A stretch of 64,000 nt of DNA from Chlamydiia bacterium (GCA_041688145.1 JBDNIV010000013.1:1285-65284), one strand, 5' to 3'; counted from the stretch's first letter, positions 9,832 to 20,299 are shown. Program-made: numbers and translations. The notes: a model not told the origin generated them from the letters alone.

Positions 9832-11001
9832 ATGGAAAAGAGCCCGAGCGGATCTTTACCAGCACATCGTTTTGGATTTATTTTTTGTTCGCTGCTCATA
9901 TTTCTTGTGGGGTGGGTAATGGTATTCAACACCTCTTCAGCTGAGGTCCTCCACCGATTTTTAGATAAAGATACTCACTTTGCAGCGATCAAGCAGCTTA
10001 CTGCGGGAGCTATAGGAATGGCTTTAGGTTTTATTACCTACCGCTTGGGGTATCGCTTTGTCTGGAAGATAGCGCCTTTTGTTTTTTGGGGATGTTGCCT
10101 TCTTCTTGTAATGGTCTTAATTCCAGGGGTAGGTCAACTCATAAATGGTGCGCGCAGGTGGGTTTATTTTGCGGGGTTTTCGCTGCAACCTTCAGAAATC
10201 GCGAAGTACGTACTTCCTTTTGCATGCGTCTATGAGCTTTCTCAGGTAAAAAAACTGACTTTTGCCCTTTTTTTAAGAAAGATGTTTAAGCTTTGTATTC
10301 CTGTAGCACTTGTTCTTTTGCAGCCTGATAATGCTTCTGTTTTTGTGCTTCTTTTAAGTATGGTGGCAGCTCTTTTTATTATGCGTATTGATATGAAATA
10401 TTGGCTCTTACCTATGCTAGCAGTAGGTGTTTTAGGTATTGCAATAGCTTCTCAAATGCCCCATGTCCCAGCGCGCATTCGCACATACTTAAATCCTGAG
10501 CAAGATCTCTTGGGTAAAGGACACCAGCCATTTCAGGCGAAAATTGCTACAGGGTCTGGAGGGCTTTTAGGAAAGGGGATAGGTAGAAGTTTGCAAAAGC
10601 TTGAGTATTTGCCTGAGGCGCAAAATGACTACATTGCAGCAATTTATGCAGAGGAGTTTGGCTTTATAGGTATTTTACTACTTTTAGGGGCTTATTTAGT
10701 GATGGCACTTTGTGGTTTTCGTCTTGCTATTTTTGCGACAAGCCGCGTTGGCTTCCAATTGGCAGCCAGTCTTCTCTTTGTCTTTTTAATTCAGGTATTT
10801 TTAAATTTAGGGGTTGTTTGTGGCCTTGTTCCAAGTACGGGTATGAATTTGCCTTTTTTTAGTCAGGGAGGTACCTCTTTGATTATCCATGGTGTTTTAT
10901 TGGGCTTTTTACTCAGTTTAGAGGGGCCAGCTCCTGAGATCTTGATAGAAGCTCGTACAGGTGTTTTATCTAAGCTGGATAAAAAGCAAAAAGAGGCCTA
11001 A
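9832..11001 (+). CDS. ftsW: SEDS family cell division protein FtsW
   Basis: NGARRW, LQPSEIAK, QPD, LPEAQNDYI and LPFFSQGGTS motifs; dcw context. Confidence 0.93.
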   Translation: MEKSPSGSLPAHRFGFIFCSLLIFLVGWVMVFNTSSAEVLHRFLDKDTHFAAIKQLTAGAIGMALGFITYRLGYRFVWKIAPFVFWGCCLLLVMVLIPGVGQLINGARRWVYFAGFSLQPSEIAKYVLPFACVYELSQVKKLTFALFLRKMFKLCIPVALVLLQPDNASVFVLLLSMVAALFIMRIDMKYWLLPMLAVGVLGIAIASQMPHVPARIRTYLNPEQDLLGKGHQPFQAKIATGSGGLLGKGIGRSLQKLEYLPEAQNDYIAAIYAEEFGFIGILLLLGAYLVMALCGFRLAIFATSRVGFQLAASLLFVFLIQVFLNLGVVCGLVPSTGMNLPFFSQGGTSLIIHGVLLGFLLSLEGPAPEILIEARTGVLSKLDKKQKEA

Positions 11002-11010
11002 TCTGTTCCC

Positions 11011-12213
11011 ATGAAGCTATCCAATTTTAAGAGACCCATTTTTTTTGCTGTAGGAGGCACAGGAGGACATCTGTATCCTGCGCAAGTCCTATATGAAAGG
11101 CTATCGCATAAAAATCGGGATAGTGAGGTGTGGTTTTTAGGCAAAAACCTCAATGAGAATCCCTATTTAGAGACAAAATTTAAAGAAAACCAAAAGAGCT
11201 TGCATATTAGAGAAATTGCAAGTGCACCTTTTTCTAAAAATCCTTTAAAAAGCCTTGTGTCTCTTGGAAAACTAACGAAGGGCTTTTTTCAGGCAGCTTA
11301 TTGGATATTAAAAAAACGTCCTAAAAGTGTAGTTGGTTTTGGTAGTTTTTATAGTGCGCCTACTCTTTTGGCGGCGTTGATTTTCCGCGTGCCTGTTTTT
11401 CTCTATGAAAGTGATCTAAAGTCAGGTATTGCTAATCGTTTATTCACTCCTTTTGCAAAGAAGATAGGCGTCTGTTTTATACCTAAAAGCGAGCTTAAGA
11501 AAAAAATAAAGCCTGAAGTTGGAGATAGAGTTAAGACAAGAAAACTTAATTCAAAAAGAAATCAGAAAAAAGTACAAGTTGAGCCTCTATTAAGATGTGG
11601 ATCTGTGGATAGCGTGAGGTGCTTGGATAAGGAAAAAAGCTATAGACATTTTGGGCTAGACCCTAAGAAAAAAACATTACTTGTTTTTGGAGGATCTCAG
11701 GGGGCTACTTTTATTAATGAGTCAGTTTCAAAGGCTGCTCAAAATATGGAGGCTTGGACAAAAACTTGGCAAGTTTTACATTTATCAGGAAAAAATAGTT
11801 CTCTTTTAATCCTTGAACAAAGATATAAAAAGGCAGGATTTTCAGTGTGTATAAAAGCATTTGAAGAGCACATGTCTTTTGCGCTCGCTATTTCAGATCT
11901 GGCTATTTGCCGTGCGGGTAGTTCGAGTATTTTAGAGCTTATGGCCTATGAGGTGCCAGCTCTTTTTATTCCATACCCCTATGCGTACAATCACCAAGCT
12001 TTAAATGCTCTTTTTATGGTGGCTATCGGTGCTGGAAAGTGTTTAAAGCAATCGTTTGCAAGCATAGAGGTTCTTAAGAAGCAGATAGAGGCATTAATGA
12101 AAGATGAAAAGTTGTTAGGCGGAATGAGAGAAGCCATGAACACGTATAAAAAAGCGCAAAAGCCTGTAGCTTTTGAAGAGCTTATAATGAGTTATGAGGG
12201 GATAGAAGATTGA
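11011..12213 (+). CDS. murG: Undecaprenyl-PP-MurNAc-pentapeptide GlcNAc transferase with Lys-rich loop insertion
   Basis: GGTGGHLYP, GFGSFYS, FGGSQGA, RAGSSS and HQALNA motifs. Confidence 0.94.
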   Translation: MKLSNFKRPIFFAVGGTGGHLYPAQVLYERLSHKNRDSEVWFLGKNLNENPYLETKFKENQKSLHIREIASAPFSKNPLKSLVSLGKLTKGFFQAAYWILKKRPKSVVGFGSFYSAPTLLAALIFRVPVFLYESDLKSGIANRLFTPFAKKIGVCFIPKSELKKKIKPEVGDRVKTRKLNSKRNQKKVQVEPLLRCGSVDSVRCLDKEKSYRHFGLDPKKKTLLVFGGSQGATFINESVSKAAQNMEAWTKTWQVLHLSGKNSSLLILEQRYKKAGFSVCIKAFEEHMSFALAISDLAICRAGSSSILELMAYEVPALFIPYPYAYNHQALNALFMVAIGAGKCLKQSFASIEVLKKQIEALMKDEKLLGGMREAMNTYKKAQKPVAFEELIMSYEGIED

Positions 12214-14585
12214 GTGAATCTATTGGGTCTGGTTTTTATTTTGTTGGAATTGGCGGTATTGGAATGAGTGCGCTTGCAAAAGCTGCTTTAGAAAAAGGGC
12301 TTGATGTTGAAGGAAGTGATGTTAAGCGCACAGTGACAACAGAGTTTTTACAGCAACTTGGCGCACGTGTACATTTTGATCAGGGAACAGCTGTAATCCC
12401 TAAAAATATGACGGTTGTAGTCAGTAGCGCAACAGAAGACAATCCCCAAGTAAAAAGAGCTCAGCGCTTAGGGCATCGGGTATTGCACCGCTCTGATTTT
12501 TTGTCAGATATGATGCAAGGCCTTAAAAACTTATTAGTTGCGGGGATGCATGGTAAAACTACGACATCGTGTTTGCTTGTTTCTGTGCTTAAAGAGGCTG
12601 GGCTAGATCCCTCCTTTTGCGTGGGAGGTATCCACTCTGACCTTAAAACTAATGGAGCTTTTGGAAAAGGGCCCTATTTTGTAGCAGAAGCAGATGAGAG
12701 TGATGGCACACACCTTAAGTACAAAGGGTATGGCGCTATTGTGACCAACATTGATCTAGATCATATAGATCACTATAAACACCTTGAAAAGATTGAAGAA
12801 AGCTTCAGAGCTTTTTTTGATAATATAGAAATGAAAGAGCATCTTTTCTGGAATGGAGATGATCCTATTTTACAAAAGCTAAAGCCTAAAGGGCGCTCAT
12901 TTGGTTTTAGTAAAGCGTCGGATCTGCGGGCAAGCCGTTTTAGACAAAAAGAAAAAACAGCTATTTTTGATGTGACTTTTGAGGGTAAAAAATACTCTGA
13001 TATAGAACTGAGCCTTATTGGTCGGCATCAGGTGCTTAATGCTCTGGGTGTTTTTGGTGTAGCAATTAGTTTGGGAGTTTCTGAAGAGGTCATTCGTAGA
13101 GCTTTTACACTTTTTTCAGGAGTGCACCGCAGGCTGCAAAAGCATTTTGATAGTAAAGGACTTCTTTTTTATGATGACTATGCACACCACCCAACTGCTG
13201 TTAAGTCTACATTAGAGTCTTTAAGGCTTGCTTTTCCAGAAAAGCGCCTCGTTGTAGCTTTACAGCCCCACCGTTATACACGTCTAAAAGGGCTTATAGA
13301 AGAGTTTTCTTTAGCTTTTGATGCTGCGGACAAGGTCTTTATTGCTGAGGTATTTGCAGCTGGGGAGCAGCCCATCTGGGATGTTTCACACACAGATTTA
13401 GTGGAGCGTATAGAAAGAAGAGCGCCTGGTTTAGCCTCGGCTATTTCTAAAGAAAAGCTCATAACTCATCTTATAGATATTTTGCGACCTCATGACCTTT
13501 TAGTTACAATGGGAGCAGGTGACCTTCTTGATATTCTAGGGCCTCTTAAAGGGCATTTTCAAAAATATGGCGCAAAGAAACTAAAAGTAGCCTTGATTTC
13601 AGGGGGCGCTTCTTTAGAGCATGAAGTTTCTAAATGGTCGGCTATCAATATTGAAAAAGTTCTTAACCCTGATTATTACGATGTCGATACGCTCTATATT
13701 TCAAAAAAGGGGCAGTGGTCAGGGAATTTGGGCCTACTTCCTTCTTTAGAAGTTTTAAGGAAATACGATATAGCCTTTCCTATGATACATGGCGCTGAAG
13801 GAGAAGATGGTCAACTGCAGGGTTTTCTACAAGAGATGCGTTTACCTTATGTGGGCTCAGGTATTTTAGGTTCAGCTCTTTCTATGGATAAAGAGACCGC
13901 GCGTGCAGTTGTTGCAAGTTATGGGTTTGATACTGTGAAGCAGTATCCTCTTTACCGTTTTGAATGGCTTGAAGACCCTGATAGCCTTATAGAGAGGATA
14001 CTTGAGAAGTGCACATGCCCTTTTGTTATTAAGCCGGTATCAGGAGGCTCTACTTATGGGGTTACTCTTATAGAGTCAGAAGAGGAGCTTGCACTTGGGC
14101 TTGAAAAGCTTTTTACTATAGATACTAAGCTTGTTGCAGAGCCTTTTATTGAAGCTCGAGAGTTAGAGTTTGCGCTTGTAGGTACAGGATCTCATGTAGA
14201 GGCTCTATTTCCGGGAGAAGTTTTCGCAAAAGGGCGCCTTTATGATTTTAAAAGCAAGTATGGTCAAGGAGGAGGCATAGAGACTTCTGCTAGAGCGCAG
14301 CTAAGTGCTGAGTTTGCGCGAAAATCAAAACTCATTGCATGCGGTATTTTTCGCGCTTTAAACTTAAGCGGTTTTGCCCGCTTAGATTTTTTCTATGATG
14401 AGAAATCAGGTGCGCTTATATTTAATGAAGCAAATGTAATTCCAGGATTTACTGACTGGAGTCTCTATCCTAAATTGCTAGAAAAAAATGGAATTAGGGT
14501 AGAAGATTTTGTCTCTAGAATGATTGCTATAGGCTTATTAGATTCGCGCACACGCTTGCGCATAAACGCAAATCAAACAGCATGA
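12210..14585 (+). CDS. murC-ddl: Fused UDP-N-acetylmuramate--alanine ligase / D-Ala-D-Ala ligase
   Basis: GIGGIGMS, GMHGKTTT, EADESD and DDYAHHP, then GGASLEHEVS, HGAEGEDG, YDFKSKY and NVIPGFT; TTG start; fusion typical of Chlamydiae. Confidence 0.95.
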   Translation: MSESIGSGFYFVGIGGIGMSALAKAALEKGLDVEGSDVKRTVTTEFLQQLGARVHFDQGTAVIPKNMTVVVSSATEDNPQVKRAQRLGHRVLHRSDFLSDMMQGLKNLLVAGMHGKTTTSCLLVSVLKEAGLDPSFCVGGIHSDLKTNGAFGKGPYFVAEADESDGTHLKYKGYGAIVTNIDLDHIDHYKHLEKIEESFRAFFDNIEMKEHLFWNGDDPILQKLKPKGRSFGFSKASDLRASRFRQKEKTAIFDVTFEGKKYSDIELSLIGRHQVLNALGVFGVAISLGVSEEVIRRAFTLFSGVHRRLQKHFDSKGLLFYDDYAHHPTAVKSTLESLRLAFPEKRLVVALQPHRYTRLKGLIEEFSLAFDAADKVFIAEVFAAGEQPIWDVSHTDLVERIERRAPGLASAISKEKLITHLIDILRPHDLLVTMGAGDLLDILGPLKGHFQKYGAKKLKVALISGGASLEHEVSKWSAINIEKVLNPDYYDVDTLYISKKGQWSGNLGLLPSLEVLRKYDIAFPMIHGAEGEDGQLQGFLQEMRLPYVGSGILGSALSMDKETARAVVASYGFDTVKQYPLYRFEWLEDPDSLIERILEKCTCPFVIKPVSGGSTYGVTLIESEEELALGLEKLFTIDTKLVAEPFIEARELEFALVGTGSHVEALFPGEVFAKGRLYDFKSKYGQGGGIETSARAQLSAEFARKSKLIACGIFRALNLSGFARLDFFYDEKSGALIFNEANVIPGFTDWSLYPKLLEKNGIRVEDFVSRMIAIGLLDSRTRLRINANQTA

Positions 14586-15469
14586 AAAAAGAATTTATCT
14601 GGCCTATAAAAAAAGCATTGAATGTGATTTTGCTTTCACTGGGCATTTGTGCTTTGATATCAATCAGTGGGCTTTTTCTGTATGGGTATATCCAAAAAAA
14701 ACGAATATGTGATGACCGTTTTTTACTAAAAAAAATCATCCAGACAGGTCCTGAAAAAAAGGTGCTCTCAACTCAGCTTCTAGCTAAAATCTTAGACTTA
14801 AGTAGTGATCATCCTGTTAATCTCTACGCTTTTTCTTCTGAAAGAGCTAAAGCTCTTTTAGAAGATTATATGCTGATAGAGTCAGCCTCTGTGTCTAAGA
14901 TTTTTCCTGATACGCTTTATATCGACTACACAGCAAAGGTGCCATGGTTCAGGCTTGTAGATTACAGCAACGCCGCTTTAGATAAACAAGGCCGCCTTAT
15001 TCCTTTAAGCCCTTTCTATGAGCCCAGAATGCTATGCCCTATTTACTTGGGACTGCCACCTTTTGGTGAAGAGGGTATCAATTGGAGTGTCCAGCTGACA
15101 GGAAAAAAGGTAGAGCTCGCTTATCAGTTACACGACTTTTTTCTATCTGATGAAAGGGCAAAAGAATTTACCCTTGAGCGCTTAGATGTTTCAAGAGCGT
15201 ATGCTAAAAGCTGCGGCAAAAGAGAGATTATAGTGTACTTGCAGCAGCAAAAAAAGATTTTGACCCAAGATAGCTGGCGCTTAGGTAGCCATCACTGGAT
15301 ATTACGCCTTCCAAGGGAAGAGTGTGAAAAGCGATTTTATGACTTCTGTGAACTTGTGCCTGAGCTGATTGAAGAGAATATTGCACGAGGCTTTGAGGAT
15401 TCAGCTAAAGTCCATTTCGATGCGCGTATTATCGATTTAAGGCTTGATCAGATGGGGTTTGTCAGGTAA
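14582..15469 (+). CDS. ftsQ: FtsQ/DivIB-like cell division protein
   Basis: Single N-terminal TM, POTRA-like ...IESASVSKIFPDTLYIDY; last dcw gene; divergent sequence. Confidence 0.7.
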   Translation: MKKEFIWPIKKALNVILLSLGICALISISGLFLYGYIQKKRICDDRFLLKKIIQTGPEKKVLSTQLLAKILDLSSDHPVNLYAFSSERAKALLEDYMLIESASVSKIFPDTLYIDYTAKVPWFRLVDYSNAALDKQGRLIPLSPFYEPRMLCPIYLGLPPFGEEGINWSVQLTGKKVELAYQLHDFFLSDERAKEFTLERLDVSRAYAKSCGKREIIVYLQQQKKILTQDSWRLGSHHWILRLPREECEKRFYDFCELVPELIEENIARGFEDSAKVHFDARIIDLRLDQMGFVR

Positions 15470-15510
15470 TTTTTGCTTATGCCTCTTAAAAAAGTACCCT
15501 TTTAAAAAAA

Positions 15511-17133
15511 ATGCATCAAGACCCCTTACACAACTCCGAAAAAAACCTGAATAATGCTTTTTCTGAAAAGGCGCGAAAGCGCTTTGAAATGGAGCTTCCA
15601 GCATTAGGCCTTAGTGAGGAAAAAGAGCTTAAGCGAATACTTGATCGCGTGGTTCAGATGTCTCCTATTGAAGCGCACGCTTTTATGATCGATTTAAAGC
15701 AGCAAAGCGATCCTCTTTTTTGTAACCTTATCCGCACCTATACAAAAGAGCTTTTGCCTCTTATGTATACACCTACAGTAGGAGAGGTCGCTCAAAAATA
15801 CAGCTCTTTATTCAATAGGCCCTGGGGTCTTTTTCTCCATGCAGGTATGAGAGAAGAGTTCGATAAAGAATTTTGCCATCTTCCCAAAGAGGCTGAGATT
15901 TTTGTGGTGACGGATGGTAGTGCTGTTTTAGGTATTGGGGATCAAGGGCTCGGGGGTATGGCGATATCTCAAGCGAAAGCAAGCCTCTACACTGTTTTTG
16001 GGGGAGTTGATCCGAAAAAGGTTGTGCCTGTCGTGATTGACCTCGGTACAGACAATAAAACGCTTAGAGAAGACCCTTTGTACTTAGGCCTTAAAAAGCC
16101 AAGAATCTCAGATGAAGAGTTTGTAAAGGTATTAGATCACTTTGTTCGTTCACTTATGAAAAAGTTTCCAGAAGCGCTTATTCACTGGGAAGATTTTTCA
16201 AGGCCGCACTCTCAAGATCTTTTAGAGCATTATCAAGATAGCTTTGCGAGCTTTAATGATGATATTGAGGGCAGTGCTGTAGTTGCCTTAGGGGGGATTT
16301 TAGCTGGATGTAGTATTCTAGATATTCCTTTAGAAAAGATGCGCTTTATGATCTATGGGTCAGGTTCTTGCGGTATGGGCATTGTGCATTTAATACATGA
16401 AGCGCTTAAGGAAAAGGGGCTTTCCAACGAAGAGATTAATGGGCGTTTTTTTCTCTTTGATAAGGATGGGTTTATATGGGAAGAGGCTCCTAACCTAGAT
16501 CCTAGATGGCAAAGTTATGCCCATAAAAAAGAGGCTTTAGAAGCTTTAGGGATTCAAGTCGATAAGCTTACAAACTCGTCTAAAGATTTAAGTTATGTGA
16601 TTGAGTGTGCAAAGCCTCATGTGCTTGTAGGCGCTTCGTCACAAAAAGACGCTTTTGATGAGAAGAGTATTAAAGCACTTTGCAGCGCTATAGAGCGTCC
16701 TATCATCTTTCCCTTGTCAAACCCAAAGAGTCAAATGGAAGCCCAGCCGCAAGATCTTTTGAAATGGACAGAAGGCACAGCTCTAATTGCTACAGGAAGC
16801 CCTTTTGATCCTATAGAGGGCGTTCATATAGGGCAGTGCAATAACCTCCTCAGCTTTCCTGCTATAGGCCTTGCAAAAACTAGTTGCAATATCAAGAAAA
16901 TCACGCCTAAAATGCTTCTTGCTATGGCAAAGCACTTATGCCTTATTGCACCTATTCATAAAGACCCTAAAGGCGCTTTATACCCGGGCTTTAAAGATAG
17001 CCGAGGCCAGTATTGTGATATGGCATACGCTTTTGCAAAAGCTGCTCAAAAAGAGGGGACAGCTCCTCAGATGAAAGATAGCGAGCTTAAAGCGTGCATT
17101 GAAAAAGCTTTTTGGTCGCCTGAGGTTTCTTAG
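15511..17133 (+). CDS. maeA: NAD(P)-dependent malic enzyme (large SfcA/MaeA type)
   Basis: YTPTVG, VVTDG..LGIGDQG, WEDF, FNDDI, LSNP and GQCNN motifs. Confidence 0.88.
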   Translation: MHQDPLHNSEKNLNNAFSEKARKRFEMELPALGLSEEKELKRILDRVVQMSPIEAHAFMIDLKQQSDPLFCNLIRTYTKELLPLMYTPTVGEVAQKYSSLFNRPWGLFLHAGMREEFDKEFCHLPKEAEIFVVTDGSAVLGIGDQGLGGMAISQAKASLYTVFGGVDPKKVVPVVIDLGTDNKTLREDPLYLGLKKPRISDEEFVKVLDHFVRSLMKKFPEALIHWEDFSRPHSQDLLEHYQDSFASFNDDIEGSAVVALGGILAGCSILDIPLEKMRFMIYGSGSCGMGIVHLIHEALKEKGLSNEEINGRFFLFDKDGFIWEEAPNLDPRWQSYAHKKEALEALGIQVDKLTNSSKDLSYVIECAKPHVLVGASSQKDAFDEKSIKALCSAIERPIIFPLSNPKSQMEAQPQDLLKWTEGTALIATGSPFDPIEGVHIGQCNNLLSFPAIGLAKTSCNIKKITPKMLLAMAKHLCLIAPIHKDPKGALYPGFKDSRGQYCDMAYAFAKAAQKEGTAPQMKDSELKACIEKAFWSPEVS

Positions 17134-17190
17134 GTATTTAAAAAATAAAACGTTTATTTGCCTAAATCTTACTTTTGTTCTGTGCATCGT

Positions 17191-17218
17191 TTGAGTGAAA
17201 AGTTTTTTTTGCTATGCT
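17191..17218 (+). promoter_or_regulatory. Putative promoter of rsbV-miaA
   Basis: TTGAGT-16 bp-TATGCT with extended TG. Confidence 0.4.
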
Positions 17219-17247
17219 CTGAAAAAAGAAGACCAAAGGCTTGACCC

Positions 17248-17571
17248 ATGCAAATCCACGAAGAAAAAAAAGACGGCGCAGTTATCTTTAGATTATCTGG
17301 ACGTTTAGATGCGATGACAGGGCCTGTTGTAGAAGAGCATGTACAAAGAGCAATTGATGCGGGGCCTAAAAAGCTTCTATTAGATTTTTCTGAAGTCGAT
17401 TACTTGAGTTCTGCAGGTCTTAGAATTTTGCTTTCAGCAACAAAAAAGATGCAAAGCATTAGTGGCAAGTGTGTCGTTTTTTCTATTGCTCCTAAAGTTA
17501 TGAATATTATCCGCATGGCAGGCTTTGATAAAGTTGTTGAAATTGTAGCAACAGAGCAAGACGCTCTATAA
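17248..17571 (+). CDS. rsbV: Anti-sigma factor antagonist (STAS domain)
   Basis: LSGRLDA and VDYLSSAGLR phosphorylation-site motif. Confidence 0.9.
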   Translation: MQIHEEKKDGAVIFRLSGRLDAMTGPVVEEHVQRAIDAGPKKLLLDFSEVDYLSSAGLRILLSATKKMQSISGKCVVFSIAPKVMNIIRMAGFDKVVEIVATEQDAL

Positions 17572-17610
17572 AACAGCTAGCTTAAGCCAAACAAAGGCGC
17601 ACTTACGGCT

Positions 17611-18618
17611 ATGCCAAATACCGAATGGGACTACTCCCATCCTATTTACGATCCGAGAAAGTCAGGACAGACAACATCTGGCCCTAGATCTAAAGTCATT
17701 GTCCTTTCGGGGCCGACAGCTGTAGGTAAAACAGCTCTATCTCTATATCTTGCTAAGAGGCTTGGAGGGCAAATTGTTTCAGCAGACTCTATGCAGGTTT
17801 ATCAAGGCATGGATTTGGGGACAGCCAAATCCTCTTTAGATGAGCGCAGGCAAATACCTCACTACCTCATTGATATCCGGAAGCTGACAGAGTCTTTTGA
17901 TGCAGCAAGCTATTTTGAAGAAGCAAAAAAAGCAATTAACTTCATCATTGCTCAAAACAAGGTGCCTATTGTTGTAGGGGGCACAGGTTTTTATATAGAT
18001 ACGCTTATTAATGGACCTCCTGTAGGGCCTCCGTCAGACCCCGAGGTGCGCTCGCAGCTCGAAGAGCAAATAGAGCACTTTGGCGTAGAGCCTCTTTTTG
18101 ATAGACTCTCAAAGCTAGATCCTGAATATGCAAAAACAATTACTACAAGAGACCGCAGAAAAATTGTACGCGCCCTGGAAATTATCACCCTTTCGCAGAA
18201 AAAGGTAAGTGACTTTGATCCTGCTATTCATTCAAAAGGCCTCGATGTAGACTTTCGGGCATGGTTTTTATCGATGCCTAAGCCTACTTTAGATGAGCGT
18301 ATTAATAATCGATGTGATCTTATGCTTGCTACAGGCCTTATTGATGAAGTAGAAGAGCTGCAAAACAAAGGTCTTTTAGAAAATGAAAGCGCACGCCAAG
18401 CGATTGGCTATAAGCAAGCAATTATCTATTTGCAGAGTGAAAAATCACAAGAAGATTACGAGCAGTTTGTGAAAAACTTTAAGGCAGCCTCCAGAAGATA
18501 TGCTAAAAAGCAGTTCACGTGGTTTAGAAAGCGCGAGCAGTTTAAGTGGATAGATCTTGATAAGTATACCCTTGAGCAGGCGGGTCAAATTATCTGTCAG
18601 GATTATGAGCGCGAGTAA
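17611..18618 (+). CDS. miaA: tRNA dimethylallyltransferase
   Basis: GPTAVGKT, DSMQVY, VGGTGFY, RALEI, AIGYKQ and YAKKQFTWF motifs. Confidence 0.97.
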   Translation: MPNTEWDYSHPIYDPRKSGQTTSGPRSKVIVLSGPTAVGKTALSLYLAKRLGGQIVSADSMQVYQGMDLGTAKSSLDERRQIPHYLIDIRKLTESFDAASYFEEAKKAINFIIAQNKVPIVVGGTGFYIDTLINGPPVGPPSDPEVRSQLEEQIEHFGVEPLFDRLSKLDPEYAKTITTRDRRKIVRALEIITLSQKKVSDFDPAIHSKGLDVDFRAWFLSMPKPTLDERINNRCDLMLATGLIDEVEELQNKGLLENESARQAIGYKQAIIYLQSEKSQEDYEQFVKNFKAASRRYAKKQFTWFRKREQFKWIDLDKYTLEQAGQIICQDYERE

Positions 18619-18709
18619 CTTAACGAACGCATTATTTTTCCTCTGTGAAAATTAGGCCTTCAGGTAGTATCAGGATGAGAGAGCACCTTAGAAGGAGGGT
18701 CCGCGTTTT

Positions 18710-20299
18710 ATGCATGAGAAAGATCCAAAAAAAACCTCTTCGTATGAAGAGGGATTTTTATTTGATCCAAGTCAGTCTAATGCAAAAGCGCATGCTCTTT
18801 TAGAAGATGTAAAATCACCTTCTAAAGAGCTTGCTCGCTACTTAAGCCTTTTGGATAATGCTGAAGCTACAGTTGATAAGCTTCGCTGCACTTTCGAGTT
18901 TTTATCTTTATGCTTATCTGAAGACTATGCGCGTCACACACAAGAATTTTGGTATGTGAAGCAGATTTGTCTGGAAATATTTAAAGAGCCCTTAGAGCCT
19001 TCTTTTCGCTATCCCTTATGGCAAGAGTTCATCGAGCTATTAAACCAAGCGCGCTTCGCTAAGGACATGCTCACTGAGACCTCGACTTATAGCTTAGAGC
19101 AGTTTGATTTAGCCCTAAAAGGACTTACAAGTGAGTTTAATGCAGCAGAGAGCTTAACTGAATCTACCTGGCATATTTTAGATAAAGTAGGCTTTGATGG
19201 CTCTGAAAGCTCACTTCAAGAGTTTGTTCGGGCGCTTAGCCAAGAAATTTCAGATACACAAGCAAAGCTTGAAATTTTCAATAACCTAGCGCATCGCTAT
19301 CGAGATCTTAAAGAAGAAATCATATCGACCTCAATGCGTCCAAAAGACAAACGCAATCTATTTGATAAGCTCAAAGCGCTTCGCGCTCTACTTTTCCCAA
19401 AGAGAAAAGAGCTTATTAATCGGGTAAGTGTCCTCTATTTAGAAGAAGTTGAGCAGTTTATACAACGCGCTTTAGACTCAAAAAGCCGTCGTCCTATCTT
19501 TGCCATTAAAGAAGAGCTTAAAGCGCTTCAGAAGATTGCAAAAACACTCACGCTTAATCCTGAAGCCTTTAGAAAGACAAGGTTAAAGCTAAGTGACCTC
19601 TGGGACCAATTAAGAAAGATAGAGTCTGAGAAAAAAGCATATTTTGCCCAGAAACGTGAAAAATTGCAGGCTCAGGCAATCGCTTTAGATGAGAAGATCA
19701 CACTCATTGAGTCCGCTTGCCAAAACAAATCACACGAAGAGATCGATAAACGCGTTCAAGAGGGCATCCGGCATATTCGCTCAGCAGACATTATGCGTGA
19801 TGATAAAAAGCGCTTTGAGGATCGTCTAAAAGCTTTAAAGGCTCCTTTTTTAGAAAAAGAAGCTGAAGAGAGAAAAGCGTTTGAAGAGAAAAAGTTGCAG
19901 CAGCAACAAGCTCGCACTAAAGCTATAGAGTCTTTGGAAGATCGTCTTGCTTGCACTCTTGAAAATGAAGAGCTTATCTCCTTAGAGCAGATGAAAAAAG
20001 AGCTTTCTCAGCTCGATCTTACTCCTAAAGAGCGCCTTCACTTTGAAGGCCTTTTTGAGCGCGCTGATAGTCATCTAAGAAAGCTTAAAGAAAAGATGCT
20101 TGATGGGGACACAAAAGCTCAGCTTGCATATTTTAAAGAGCGCGCATTTGAGCTAAAATCTAAACTCGATAAGCTCAGAAAAGAAAAAGCTGTTCAATCT
20201 TTAGACTTTGAAAAAGCCCTTTTTCTAGAAGAGGCTATGAGCGGCTATAAAGAAGAGCTCAAAGTAGTGGATGAGAAGCTAAAAGGATTAGAGTCTTAA
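18710..20299 (+). CDS. Conserved chlamydial coiled-coil protein (likely CT768-like)
   Basis: Long charged helical ORF located between miaA and rsfS-fabF, as recalled for Chlamydia. Confidence 0.6.
   Translation: MHEKDPKKTSSYEEGFLFDPSQSNAKAHALLEDVKSPSKELARYLSLLDNAEATVDKLRCTFEFLSLCLSEDYARHTQEFWYVKQICLEIFKEPLEPSFRYPLWQEFIELLNQARFAKDMLTETSTYSLEQFDLALKGLTSEFNAAESLTESTWHILDKVGFDGSESSLQEFVRALSQEISDTQAKLEIFNNLAHRYRDLKEEIISTSMRPKDKRNLFDKLKALRALLFPKRKELINRVSVLYLEEVEQFIQRALDSKSRRPIFAIKEELKALQKIAKTLTLNPEAFRKTRLKLSDLWDQLRKIESEKKAYFAQKREKLQAQAIALDEKITLIESACQNKSHEEIDKRVQEGIRHIRSADIMRDDKKRFEDRLKALKAPFLEKEAEERKAFEEKKLQQQQARTKAIESLEDRLACTLENEELISLEQMKKELSQLDLTPKERLHFEGLFERADSHLRKLKEKMLDGDTKAQLAYFKERAFELKSKLDKLRKEKAVQSLDFEKALFLEEAMSGYKEELKVVDEKLKGLES

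Noticed and set aside
14230-14270. Ddl as a D-Ala-D-lactate ligase
   Set aside because: The omega loop reads YDFKSKY; Tyr after Lys is the D-Ala-D-Ala signature
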